Origin: Candidatus Binatia bacterium
Lineage (GTDB): Bacteria; Desulfobacterota; Binatia; Bin18
Reading direction: 5' to 3'
NCBI GenBank assembly: GCA_963664395.2
Contig: OY761159.2
Location: 3,968,001 to 4,032,000, forward strand
Length of the DNA: 64,000 nt
Below, one piece after another: positions 39,801 through 49,573 of the stretch. The stretch's first letter is position 1. Each line of letters begins with the position of its first letter. Below the pieces are notes generated by a model. That model did no database searches, was not told where the DNA came from, and worked only from the letters and a program-made list of their open reading frames with translations. Made by a program: the position numbers and the translations under genes.

Positions 39801-40718
39801 ATGTCCATACACAAGCCGCCACGGCTCAAGTCGGGTGATCGGATTGGCGTTGTCTCGCCGGCTGCTGCTGTCCAAGCAGAGAAGCTGAAGCAGGGCTGTC
39901 TCGCGCTCCAGCAGTGCGGATTTTCAGTCCAGGTTGGCGCGCAAGCGCGCCAGCGCGACCGATTCCTCGCGGGTACGGACCGGGACCGGGCTGAGGAATT
40001 GACGGCCATGTTCACCGACCCGAGTGTCCAGGCTGTTTTTTGTAGCCGGGCAGGCTATGGCTCCAGTCGTCTCTTGCCTCTGCTCGATTTTGCGACATTC
40101 CCGCAGCGGCCGAAAATTTTTGTCGGCTATAGCGATGTAACGCTGCTGCTGAATGCGTTTGTCCAAAGGGCCGGCTTGGTCTGTTTTCATGGACCCCTTG
40201 TGGCTGGAGAGTTCGCTGCCGGCTTATCTGCCCGCTCCCACGAGCATCTGTTCAATCTCCTGACCCGCGGCACAGGAGAGGAATATCTGCCCTTCTCTAC
40301 GACCCTTCAAACCGGCGTCGCTGAGGGGCAATTATTGGGCGGATGTTTATCCGTCCTTGTGGCAACGCTGGGGACGCCATTTGCTTTTAATCCGCGAGGC
40401 GCTATTTTATTCCTTGAAGATACTGGCGAAAAGCCGTATCGTATTGATAGGATGTTAATCCAGCTCAAGCAGGCCGGTTTGCTTGAGCATCTCGCAGGGG
40501 TTGTTTTTGGGGATATGCAGGGATGTTGGGGGGCAGGTAATGATTCAACCTTGCTCTTGTCCGTTATTGCTGACGTGTTTGCGGAGTATGCCTATCCGGT
40601 TGGGTTCGGCCTGCCAGCCGGGCATGGAGGAGAGAACTTTGCCCTCCCGCTGGGCACCCGTGTCCGCCTGGATGCCGGGCAGCAACAGTTGGTATTCCTT
40701 GAGTCGGCAGTGACATAA
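39801..40718 (+). CDS. ldcA: LD-carboxypeptidase (peptidase S66)
   Basis: GYSD (Ser), LFLED (Glu), AGH (His) triad motifs; KPPRLKSGDRIGVVSPA. Confidence 0.93.
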   Translation: MSIHKPPRLKSGDRIGVVSPAAAVQAEKLKQGCLALQQCGFSVQVGAQARQRDRFLAGTDRDRAEELTAMFTDPSVQAVFCSRAGYGSSRLLPLLDFATFPQRPKIFVGYSDVTLLLNAFVQRAGLVCFHGPLVAGEFAAGLSARSHEHLFNLLTRGTGEEYLPFSTTLQTGVAEGQLLGGCLSVLVATLGTPFAFNPRGAILFLEDTGEKPYRIDRMLIQLKQAGLLEHLAGVVFGDMQGCWGAGNDSTLLLSVIADVFAEYAYPVGFGLPAGHGGENFALPLGTRVRLDAGQQQLVFLESAVT

Positions 40719-40734
40719 ACGGAAGGAAGGGAAG

Positions 40735-42015
40735 ATGGACTTCTCGGTGGTTGATGTGGTGTTAGAAGAGGCGGTACGAGATGAGACGTTTCCTGGAGCC
40801 GTTGTCCTAGTCAAGCGGGCGGGAGAGGTGGTCTATCGCAAGGCGCATGGCTATCGGAGCGTGAGGCCTGAGTACACTCCACTCAGCGAAGACACTGTTT
40901 TTGACTTGGCTTCACTCACCAAGCCGTTGGCAACCACGGTTGCCCTGATGCGCTTTGTGGCGGAAAAGAAGGTCCGACTCGATGATCGGGCCAGTCGCTT
41001 TTTTCCGAATTTTGGAGCGTGCGGCAAAACGGCTATTACGATACGGCAACTCCTCTCTCATTCATCTGGGCTGCCAGCCTGGCAGCCCTACTTCGAGGAA
41101 CTACGAAAACCCAACCGGAAGGTTGCCCGGCTTGCGACGCTGGGATCACAAAGCGCGCGAGATTTTATTTATGCCCAGCTCCAGCGCGAAAAAGCTGAAT
41201 ATGAGCCCGGCTCGCGCGCGCTGTACAGCGACCTTGGCTTCATGCTGCTCGGTGCATTGGTTGAGGACATGAGTGGCATGAGTCTTGACGAATACTGCTG
41301 GAAGAAGATTTACCATCCACTCGGCCTGAAGGCGACAGGGTTTATTAATCTTGAGACTCTGCGCCAGAAAAGATACGAGACCGCAACCGAGATGATCGCT
41401 CCGACCGAACACTGTCCGTGGCGCAAACGCGTCTTGTGTGGTGAGGTCCACGACGACAACGCCTACGCCATGGGTGGCGTGGCTGGCCATGCCGGCCTCT
41501 TTGCTCCAATTGATGATATCGATCGGTTAGTCAGTAGTCTGGAGGAATGTTATTCAGGCACCCATCCCTTTCTGCCGGCGGCTGTTGTCCAGGAATTTTG
41601 GGCCGTGAATACCGCAGTACCGAACTCGACCTGGGCCTGCGGGTGGGACACGCCCTCACCGCAAGGATCAGCTGCCGGGGAGTTTTTCTCGCCACACTCC
41701 ATCGGCCATCTGGGCTTTACCGGAACCTCCGTGTGGATTGATCTGGAGCGGAAAATCCACATTATTGTGCTGAGCAACCGGGTCCATCCACACCGCAAGA
41801 ACGCAAAGATCACCGCCTTTCGGCCTGTCCTGCATAATGCGATCATGAAAACGCTGCTTGATGCTGAAGGAACCGAAGCGGAAACAACACCTGCCACTCC
41901 GAATTTTACTCACAGCATGGAGTCTGCACCAGAGAGAATATCCGGGGAAGCGACCAAGAGAGCGGTGGCGAGTGAGACTGTGCCTGAGACAATCGAAGAG
42001 CACGCTACGTTGTAA
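40735..42015 (+). CDS. Beta-lactamase-family serine hydrolase (likely muropeptide amidase/esterase)
   Basis: FDLASLTK (SxxK), LLSHSSGL, YSD, GEVHDDNA, GHLGFTG. Confidence 0.88.
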   Translation: MDFSVVDVVLEEAVRDETFPGAVVLVKRAGEVVYRKAHGYRSVRPEYTPLSEDTVFDLASLTKPLATTVALMRFVAEKKVRLDDRASRFFPNFGACGKTAITIRQLLSHSSGLPAWQPYFEELRKPNRKVARLATLGSQSARDFIYAQLQREKAEYEPGSRALYSDLGFMLLGALVEDMSGMSLDEYCWKKIYHPLGLKATGFINLETLRQKRYETATEMIAPTEHCPWRKRVLCGEVHDDNAYAMGGVAGHAGLFAPIDDIDRLVSSLEECYSGTHPFLPAAVVQEFWAVNTAVPNSTWACGWDTPSPQGSAAGEFFSPHSIGHLGFTGTSVWIDLERKIHIIVLSNRVHPHRKNAKITAFRPVLHNAIMKTLLDAEGTEAETTPATPNFTHSMESAPERISGEATKRAVASETVPETIEEHATL

Positions 42016-42053
42016 ATCTTATGCTGAACACGGCTGCGTGAGCCTGGCCCTGT

Positions 42054-43490
42054 ATGCCGCACGTCACTGAACCGGACCTGAGGGAAATTCGTCACATCCA
42101 CTGCATCGCTATAGCCGGCGTTGGCATGGCAACGCTGGCTGCCATGTTGAAAGCGCGTGGATACCGGGTGACCGGCTCGGACCGGGGGATCTATCCCCCC
42201 ATGAGCGACTTTCTCGCGCAAGCAGGCATTCCCGTTATCCAAGGCTATCAGGGGAAAAACCTTACTCCGGAGCCAGACCTCGTCGTCGTTGGGAATGCCG
42301 TCTCCCGTACGAATCTCGAAGTCGAAACATTATTGGCCACTACCCTCCCGTATGTCTCTTTCCCGCAGGCGGTGGGCGAGTTCTTTCTTGCGGATAAACG
42401 CCCGCTTGTTGTGGCTGGAACGCATGGCAAGACCACGTCAACGGCCCTGTTATCCTGGGTCTTAGAGCAGGCCGGCCGGTCGCCGGGACTGCTGGTTGGT
42501 GGGATCAGCCGAAATTTTGGCCGGGGCTATCGTTTGGGGAGTGGCCAGGATTTTGTGATTGAGGGCGACGAATACGACTCAGCCTTTTTTGATAAAGGCC
42601 CTAAATTTCTGCACTACCGTCCTCAGGCGGTCCTCCTGAATGCTATTGAGTTTGACCATGCTGACATATATCGGGACATTGATCAGATGAAAGCCGCCTT
42701 TCGCCGTCTACTCGAGATCGTACCGACCGGCGCCCCAATTGTCGCCTGCAATGATTTCCCGGAAGTGCTCAACGTCGCGCAGTCGATAGAAAAACCATTT
42801 GTAACGTTTGGTTTAAACGCGTGCGCGGACTGGCAAGCGCACGACATACAGGACGACGGGCGTCGGCTGGCTTTTACGATCACACACGGCCAACACGTCT
42901 GGGGAAATTTCACCTGTCCGCTGATGGGACGTATGAATGTGCGTAACGCCCTGGGGGTGAGTGCCTTGGCCTCGATGCTCGGGTTGTCCGCACAGGATAT
43001 TGCGCCTGGTGTGGAGAGCTTTCTCGGGGTTGAACGTCGTCAGGAGCTGGTTGGGGAAGCCAGGGGAGTGACCGTTATTGACGACTTTGCGCATCATCCA
43101 ACGGCCGTGACAGTTGCGATCGAAGCCATCCAACTGCGTTACCCTGAGCGTCGGGTCTGGGCCGTCTTTGAGCCGCGCTCCAATACGTGTCGGAGAAGGA
43201 TTTTCCAAAAACCCCTGACTGAGGCGCTTGCGCTTGCCGACCGTGTCGTCCTTGGCCCGGTGTTCACCAAGCCGCAAGACCCGCTTGCCGCAGCGGACCT
43301 CTTCGCACCCGCTGAGCTCGCCGCCGACCTCCAAGCCCGTGGCAAATATGCTCATGCGGGTCAAAGCGTGGAGAACATTTGTGCGCTCCTCACCGCGGAG
43401 TGTCAGGCCGGTGATGTCGTGCTGGTGATGTCGAACGGTGCATTCGGGGGGCTGCCACGCAAACTCCTCGCGACGTTGCAGGACGGTTAA
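42054..43490 (+). CDS. mpl: UDP-MurNAc:L-Ala-gamma-D-Glu-mDAP ligase
   Basis: YPPMS, GTHGKTTS, EGDEYDSAFFDK, EFDHADIY, DDFAHHPTA, FEPRSNT, MSNGAFGG. Confidence 0.93.
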   Translation: MPHVTEPDLREIRHIHCIAIAGVGMATLAAMLKARGYRVTGSDRGIYPPMSDFLAQAGIPVIQGYQGKNLTPEPDLVVVGNAVSRTNLEVETLLATTLPYVSFPQAVGEFFLADKRPLVVAGTHGKTTSTALLSWVLEQAGRSPGLLVGGISRNFGRGYRLGSGQDFVIEGDEYDSAFFDKGPKFLHYRPQAVLLNAIEFDHADIYRDIDQMKAAFRRLLEIVPTGAPIVACNDFPEVLNVAQSIEKPFVTFGLNACADWQAHDIQDDGRRLAFTITHGQHVWGNFTCPLMGRMNVRNALGVSALASMLGLSAQDIAPGVESFLGVERRQELVGEARGVTVIDDFAHHPTAVTVAIEAIQLRYPERRVWAVFEPRSNTCRRRIFQKPLTEALALADRVVLGPVFTKPQDPLAAADLFAPAELAADLQARGKYAHAGQSVENICALLTAECQAGDVVLVMSNGAFGGLPRKLLATLQDG

Positions 43491-45622
43491 GGCAAGCGGA
43501 TCTCAGAGACCGTTGCTTCCTTCCCGTACATCCGTATATAGGTTCGATAGTTGCGCAGGACCAGCTTCACATACTGGCGTGTCTCACCGTAACTGATGTT
43601 CTCAATAAACTCGTCCGGCTCCAAGTGCCCAGAGCGGCTACGCCATTTATCCGCCGCCTTTTCGCCGGCGTTATACGCGCTCAGAGCCAGAATGACGCTG
43701 CCCTGGTAGCGCTTGAGCAGGCCGCGGAGATAGGCCGTCCCGAGGCGTATGTTGAAGGCCGGGTCGGTGAGCGCGCTTCCGTCGTTCAACGGCAGGTCGG
43801 TGAGTTGGGCCGCGGTCGTCGGTAAAAGCTGCATCAGTCCATAGGCATTCGCCGGTGAGACGGCTGCCGCGTCAAACAGACTTTCCTGTCGAATCAGTGC
43901 AACAATGAGATATGGATCAATGCCGTTTTTCTCTGCGTGGGCGAGGATGACATCCCAATATGCCTGTGGGTAGAAATACGCCTGCTTGACTGCGCTCTGT
44001 ATTTTTAACTGCTGAATTAACTGAAATACTGAGGTGTGATCGTTGAGGCGTTGATACTCGGAGATAAAAAATTTTGTCCACCTGGCTCCCTTCGGCGCGA
44101 GGTGGCGGACGAAGTCGAGTTCACGCCGCGCCAGATTGAGCAATCCAAGGTCCGCGAGCGTGGTGCGGCGCTGATAGTGCATGGTCTGGACTGCAGAGAG
44201 GAGAGGGGGGGGAGAGGTCGGAAGGGGCTTGCGGGGGAGGGCCGACAGCGTCGTTCCCAGGCGCTTTTCCGCCCATAAGGCATAATAGTCATGCGGGTAG
44301 CGACGCAGTATCCGTCGATACACGCTAGCCGCTCCCTCGGACTGCCCTAAACGACCGGTTGCGCGCGCCTGCCAGTACAGAGCGCGTTTACCTTCGGCTG
44401 TTCCGGGTACGGACTGCGCGAGTTTTTGGAAGATATTTTGCGCGGTTCGATACTCACCCTGGCTATAGGCCATCCAGCCTTGTTGCCAGTGCGCTTCGCG
44501 GGCCAGCGGTGCGCGGGAGAACTGCTGTTTGAGGTGTTGATAGGCGGAAGCGGCGTTGGCATTGTCCCGCTTGGATTGAAAAATACGACCCATTGCATAC
44601 CACGCTTCCGCGGCCAAGTCCTGGCGTGGATACTCCGTGGTCAGCCGTTTGAAGAGAGGCAGGGCCGCGTCATCCTCGTCTTGATTCCAGAAAAAACGGG
44701 CCCAGTGGTACAGGGCTTTGGGGGCAAGTGCAGTCCTTGGATAGCGTTCGACAATCTCTTGCCACTGTTCTATGGCTGCCTCTCGCCGCCCCTGGCTTTT
44801 ATAAATTCCGGCGAGTAATAACAGTCCGTCCGGTCTCAGACTGCTGGTGGAGAAGCGCGTCTGAAACTGCTCGGTGAGGTTCTGGGCGGTTTCAACATCC
44901 CCCTCTTTCAGCAACAGCCGAGCCTCGTTGTAATACGCCTGCGCCGTCTGGAGCGGAAAAGCCTTGGGATATTGTTCTCGGAGCCCGGCGACTCGTGCTT
45001 TGGCCGCTTTTCCGATAGCCGTGCGCGGTACGCTTGCACGAAGGGCTTGATAGCGCTGGTAGGCTGGGGCCAACGCTCCTTGGCGTTCGTAGGCTTGGGC
45101 AATGAGTAACGAGCTTTGATGCCGAACCGCCTCGGTCGCCAGCGGTGCTCGTTGCGTCTGTCTGGCATAGGCAACCGTTCGTTCCCACCGCTCTTCCGCA
45201 AAGGTGAGCTGAGCTAATGCCAGCGCAGCGTCACTCTGCCAGACCGTCGTCGGATAATCGTCTAAGAGCTGCTCTAAAAAGCCGCGCGCTTCCGCCCGGC
45301 GATCAGCTTTGAGGTGGAGCTTCCCTAAAAAATACAAGCTGTAATCGGCCAGAATGGGCTGCTGGACGTGTTCAAAGGCTGTGCGGGCCGCCGCCCAGTC
45401 TTTGTTTTGAAATGCGTGGTAGCCGTGCAGAAATACGGAGGGGGACGGCGTTTTCGCCGGCGGGGAGGCGTTTGCCGGTTCTGCCGGAGAAGTTGGTAAC
45501 TCAGTGTTCTGATACGAGGGTTGGGTGCCAACCGGCTCTTCGTCCGCTTGATCTTGAGACCAGCCGAAGGACGGACCACTGATGAAACACAAGAGAAAAA
45601 GGGAGAGAAGACGCTGCTGCAT
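43487..45622 (-). CDS. slt: Soluble lytic murein transglycosylase with TPR superhelix
   Basis: Signal peptide, TPR-like helices, IRQES, GLMQL, AYNAG, ETRQYV. Confidence 0.92.
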   Translation of the reverse strand: MQQRLLSLFLLCFISGPSFGWSQDQADEEPVGTQPSYQNTELPTSPAEPANASPPAKTPSPSVFLHGYHAFQNKDWAAARTAFEHVQQPILADYSLYFLGKLHLKADRRAEARGFLEQLLDDYPTTVWQSDAALALAQLTFAEERWERTVAYARQTQRAPLATEAVRHQSSLLIAQAYERQGALAPAYQRYQALRASVPRTAIGKAAKARVAGLREQYPKAFPLQTAQAYYNEARLLLKEGDVETAQNLTEQFQTRFSTSSLRPDGLLLLAGIYKSQGRREAAIEQWQEIVERYPRTALAPKALYHWARFFWNQDEDDAALPLFKRLTTEYPRQDLAAEAWYAMGRIFQSKRDNANAASAYQHLKQQFSRAPLAREAHWQQGWMAYSQGEYRTAQNIFQKLAQSVPGTAEGKRALYWQARATGRLGQSEGAASVYRRILRRYPHDYYALWAEKRLGTTLSALPRKPLPTSPPPLLSAVQTMHYQRRTTLADLGLLNLARRELDFVRHLAPKGARWTKFFISEYQRLNDHTSVFQLIQQLKIQSAVKQAYFYPQAYWDVILAHAEKNGIDPYLIVALIRQESLFDAAAVSPANAYGLMQLLPTTAAQLTDLPLNDGSALTDPAFNIRLGTAYLRGLLKRYQGSVILALSAYNAGEKAADKWRSRSGHLEPDEFIENISYGETRQYVKLVLRNYRTYIRMYGKEATVSEIRLP

Positions 45623-45742
45623 AAAGGGAAGGTGAGTTATGCGTTTGGGGTGCTGGGGTGGATGCCGTAATTGAGTCTCTGTCCATTTCCTATTAAGGTT
45701 AAATTTTTACAGGAAAAACGACACCAAGTAAGGGGGCTAGAC

Positions 45743-46618
45743 ATGCAGATCGGGGTACTTGCTTTTTTAACCGAACAGTCCGGAGAGCCGGGGGCTATTG
45801 CCCGAGAGGCCGAGAGTCTCGGGTTTGAGTCATTTTGGGTTGCCGAGCACTTAGTCATGCCGACGCATTACACAACCTATTATCCCCGTTCACCAGATGG
45901 AAAAGTACCCGAGTTCTATGCCCATTTGGTTGACCCGTTTGTGGCTTTGGCGGCGGCTGCGCACGCGACCCAGACGATTCGTCTGGGTACGGGTATTTGC
46001 CTCCTGCCAGAACGTGACACGATCACGACCGCAAAGGCCGCGGCGAGTATTGATGTGTACTCAAACGGGCGACTCATACTCGGGGTTGGCGCCGGCTGGT
46101 TTCCTGAAGAAGCCGAAATTATGGGTGTGCAGTTTTCCAAACGCTGGCAACATCTGCGCGAATCTGTCGAAGCTCTCCGAGAGCTGTGGACCAAAGAGGA
46201 AGCCAGCTATGACGGCGAGTTTGTCCACTTCCCCTCGGTCAAACTCTTTCCCAAGCCGATCCAAAAGCCGACGCCGCCGATATTTCTTGGCGCTCACGAC
46301 CGGCGCTACGCGCTCAAGCGGGTGGCCCGCTATGCGGATGGCTGGTGCCCTGGGGGGCTCACGCCCGAGCAGGCAAAGGAAGATATTCCGGTCATCAAAC
46401 AATTGGCCCAAGAGGCCGGGCGTGACCCTGAAGCGCTCGAATTCTCCGTCCTCCTGCTCTCTCTGCCCGAAGGTGGTCTGGGTAGTGACACGCTCAAACA
46501 CTATCAGGAAGCCGGTGTCACCCGGGTAATCATGACAGCGGCCCAAGCCGCTTTGGGCAATGGCGCTGAAGCCGTCAAGCAGCTCGCGCCTATTGTTGAG
46601 CGGGCACAACACGTATAA
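45743..46618 (+). CDS. LLM class F420-dependent oxidoreductase
   Basis: GFESFWVAEH, DPFVAL, RLGTG, D.YSNGRLILGVGAGW, PKPIQKPTPPI, YADGW; start at MQIGV. Confidence 0.88.
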   Translation: MQIGVLAFLTEQSGEPGAIAREAESLGFESFWVAEHLVMPTHYTTYYPRSPDGKVPEFYAHLVDPFVALAAAAHATQTIRLGTGICLLPERDTITTAKAAASIDVYSNGRLILGVGAGWFPEEAEIMGVQFSKRWQHLRESVEALRELWTKEEASYDGEFVHFPSVKLFPKPIQKPTPPIFLGAHDRRYALKRVARYADGWCPGGLTPEQAKEDIPVIKQLAQEAGRDPEALEFSVLLLSLPEGGLGSDTLKHYQEAGVTRVIMTAAQAALGNGAEAVKQLAPIVERAQHV

Positions 46619-46660
46619 GCGCCAACTCCCATGTGAGAGAGCAATAGGGTCTTACGACAT

Positions 46661-47389
46661 ATGAAAACAGACATAACGCGCATTGTGGTGGTCAGTCTGA
46701 GCTTACTCAGCCTGGTGAGCTGTGGCTCTATGAAATCAACAGTGTCATCCATCATTCCAGGTGGAGAGAAGAAGGAAGAAGAGAAGATCAAGGCGGGTAA
46801 GAAGCTGAATTTGAATGTCCCTCCGCAAGTCGCGCTCATGTTGTTTCAAGGCGTGGCGACGGAGAATGGCTGGGAGGTCAGGAGCGCGGGTGACCAAAGA
46901 AATATCAATGGCGAGGTGACCGGGAAGTTCTTCCGCGTTGAGACCGTTCAATTTGTCGGTGGGCGCAGGACAATGACCGGCGTTTTTTTCAAAGAAAAAG
47001 AGGATGACGAGACATCCTATGTAACGATGGGCAAGCCCGGAACCGAAGTCGAATATGGGATTCCGATCGCACTGGTGAGACCCATGCTGGCGGCTGTTGC
47101 TGAATGGACAGGGGAGGTGGACGAGACATTCGAGGCAGAAGAGGACGCAGCAGCCGAACCGGAGCGGAGTCCTTTGGAAGAAGCCTTAGGCGAAGACCTT
47201 GCAGAAGAGAGCGCAGCAGAGCCGGGAGGGGAGAACGAGTTTGAGGAAACAGAATTCAGCTCCGAATTCAGTTCTTTGGATGAGATACTGGACCACGACT
47301 TTGAAGAAGACGCTGAATTGAAAGAGAGAGAACTCAGCCCTGAAGAAGAGGGAATATTAGAGGAGATGGAACTCGACCCCGTCGAGTAA
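46661..47389 (+). CDS. Lipoprotein with long acidic C-terminal tail
   Basis: Lipobox LVSC; last ~90 aa strongly E/D-rich. Confidence 0.75.
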   Translation: MKTDITRIVVVSLSLLSLVSCGSMKSTVSSIIPGGEKKEEEKIKAGKKLNLNVPPQVALMLFQGVATENGWEVRSAGDQRNINGEVTGKFFRVETVQFVGGRRTMTGVFFKEKEDDETSYVTMGKPGTEVEYGIPIALVRPMLAAVAEWTGEVDETFEAEEDAAAEPERSPLEEALGEDLAEESAAEPGGENEFEETEFSSEFSSLDEILDHDFEEDAELKERELSPEEEGILEEMELDPVE

Positions 47390-47485
47390 GCGTCAAGCAA
47401 TCGACCGGGCCCTGTGTCTGATGCTGCTGTCACTAAGTCGAAGGTCGGAAAGTCGATGGCGGGACCCTGCTTGCTCTACCCCTCT

Positions 47486-48288
47486 CTAGTTCATGCGCGC
47501 GCGAAAGATACGCTGTCGGCGCGTCCCCCCGGCCAGCGCCTTGAACACCAGTCCGCGGAAAACCATGAGCACGTAGAGGAGAACAGAGCTGCTTACGGCC
47601 CAGATGATTTCCGCCGACGAATTCCAAAACCCGATGCCAAAGGGCAACAACATTGACCGACCAAGCTGCATCGGCATGGCCAGAATATCGAGCGGAAAGA
47701 ACAGCGACGAGGCCAGGGCTATTGGCGGTAAACTACCGATAATCGACACCGCCACAACCAGCCCAACCAGGGGCACAAACCACTCTACGCCACTTTCACG
47801 CAGAAACTCAAAGCTCTCCTGGATCATGCCAAATCCGTCAGTCCGGCCTTGATAGATGATCTCTGTGACCGGGCTGAGCAGAATCGGGAGAATCAGATGG
47901 ACGACAACATACAGGGCCTGAGAGCCAGCCCCGCCGGACAGCATTGAGAGCAGCAGGCGGATAATCGTCAGGGAGAACAAAATGGTTATAACCGAGCCAA
48001 AGTGGGGCCGCCAACTGTCTAATAATTCTTGTGGCTGAACGCGCTGGCCGTGCACAATGCCGTCAATAAAGTACAAGTACGAGCCGGTACACAGGGCCAT
48101 GACCAGCCCAACGAGTAGCCCCCCGACAAAACCCATACGCCAAAAAAGTTTGCCGCAAGAAAGATGAGAGGCGTGTACACCAGCGGCAGGAGGGCGATCC
48201 ACCAGCCTTTTCCGAATTTCTCGACTGTCTCTTTTGCGGCTTGTTGATAGATGTTGAGCGTCGCTGTTACCAGGGCATTCCAATCCAT
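47486..48288 (-). pseudogene. Multi-TM membrane protein split by a frameshift near 48140
   Basis: GAGGAG + MDWNALV...LIFLAANFFG in one frame, RMGFVGGLLVGLV...RARMN* in another; junction at T6 run. Confidence 0.75.
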
Positions 48289-48351
48289 GACTCCTCCTCA
48301 CCACCGCTAGGGAGAGTGGTATCATGGCCGGCTTATGCGAGGAAATGGTCC

Positions 48352-49572
48352 CTACGTCCTGGCTTCCACGCGGACTCGCTTTGGTCCAAAGGCAATCATA
48401 TGGGCGGGAAACGTGCGCAGCAGCGGAATACGTGGGACCAGCCGTATGGCCAGGGGGAGCCGAAAAGACGCGCTGCCGCGTAATGCCGGCACAACAAGGC
48501 GCTGCTGAATCTGAGCCTGAAACGCCTGGATAATGCGCGTAGGCCACTCGCGTTGCCGCTGTATGTCCGCCAGGTGATGCTCGTGGACAGTGTGACTCCG
48601 CAGGGGCCGAGCCAAGATATTTGCCGCGACCACGGCATCATGGATAGCATAGTTAATGCCGATACCGCCGACTGGAGACATGACATGGGCCGCGTCGCCT
48701 ATCAGCAGCAGGCCGGCTTGATACCACTGCGAAAGCCGGTCGGCACCAACGGACAGGACGGCAATATCCTGCCAGGTCGAGAGAGAGCCCACGCGGTCGT
48801 GAGCCCAGGGAACAAGCTCGCCAACGGAGCGTTGCAGGGCCTCCAGACCAGCCGCGCGGACGTGGCTGTAGCTGCCTTTGAGGATGGCATAGCCGATTTG
48901 CCAACAGGTATGCCGATTCTGAAGGACGAGCAGATGTCCCGGTCCGATGCGGAGAGTCGCGCCGGCATCCACCGGGTCGTTCGGCTGCCGCGGCAACCGG
49001 AACCACAGTATATCCATCGGTGGCTTGGACGTCTGCGGTTCCAGCTTGGCGAGGCGGCGTAGCCGAGAGAAACGGCCGTCCGCCCCAATCGTGAGCTGAG
49101 CGTGTACCTCGTGCCAGTCCCCATTCGTGGTCCGATAGCGGACGCCCCGGACGCGACCGTTCTTTTTGACCAACTCCTGGACATTGGCTCCCATCTGAAG
49201 CTGAAAATGGGGATAGTGTTTTGCCTCGGTAGTGATGAAATCCAGGAAATCGACCTGTGGAATCAGCGTGATATACGGGTAGGGCGTTCTGAGGCGGCGC
49301 AGGTCAATCAACGGGAGCGATTCTTCAGGCGTCTGGATGGAGAGTCGGTCGATCTTGGCATGGCGCCGGCTCAGCAGACGGTCGGCCAGGCCAATCGAAT
49401 CCAATATCTCCATGACCGACGGATGGAGCGTATCGCCGCGAAAATCACGATCAAAATTGAGATGGCTTTCCAGCAGCGTGACCGGCACGTCCTGACGCGC
49501 AAGCAGGAGGGCGAGCATGGCTCCGGCCGGACCACCACCAACGATGCAGCACGCGGTGTCGTGCGTACTCAC
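48352..49572 (-). CDS. FAD-dependent monooxygenase/oxidoreductase (UbiH-like superfamily)
   Basis: IVGGGPAG, RDFRGD, GADGRFS, IGDAAHVMSPVGGIGIN. Confidence 0.92.
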   Translation of the reverse strand: MSTHDTACCIVGGGPAGAMLALLLARQDVPVTLLESHLNFDRDFRGDTLHPSVMEILDSIGLADRLLSRRHAKIDRLSIQTPEESLPLIDLRRLRTPYPYITLIPQVDFLDFITTEAKHYPHFQLQMGANVQELVKKNGRVRGVRYRTTNGDWHEVHAQLTIGADGRFSRLRRLAKLEPQTSKPPMDILWFRLPRQPNDPVDAGATLRIGPGHLLVLQNRHTCWQIGYAILKGSYSHVRAAGLEALQRSVGELVPWAHDRVGSLSTWQDIAVLSVGADRLSQWYQAGLLLIGDAAHVMSPVGGIGINYAIHDAVVAANILARPLRSHTVHEHHLADIQRQREWPTRIIQAFQAQIQQRLVVPALRGSASFRLPLAIRLVPRIPLLRTFPAHMIAFGPKRVRVEART

Positions 49573-49573
49573 G

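Noticed and set aside
48289-48547. N-terminus of track ORF 47486..48547
   Set aside because: Overlaps the FAD oxidoreductase; real start is 48288 in another frame
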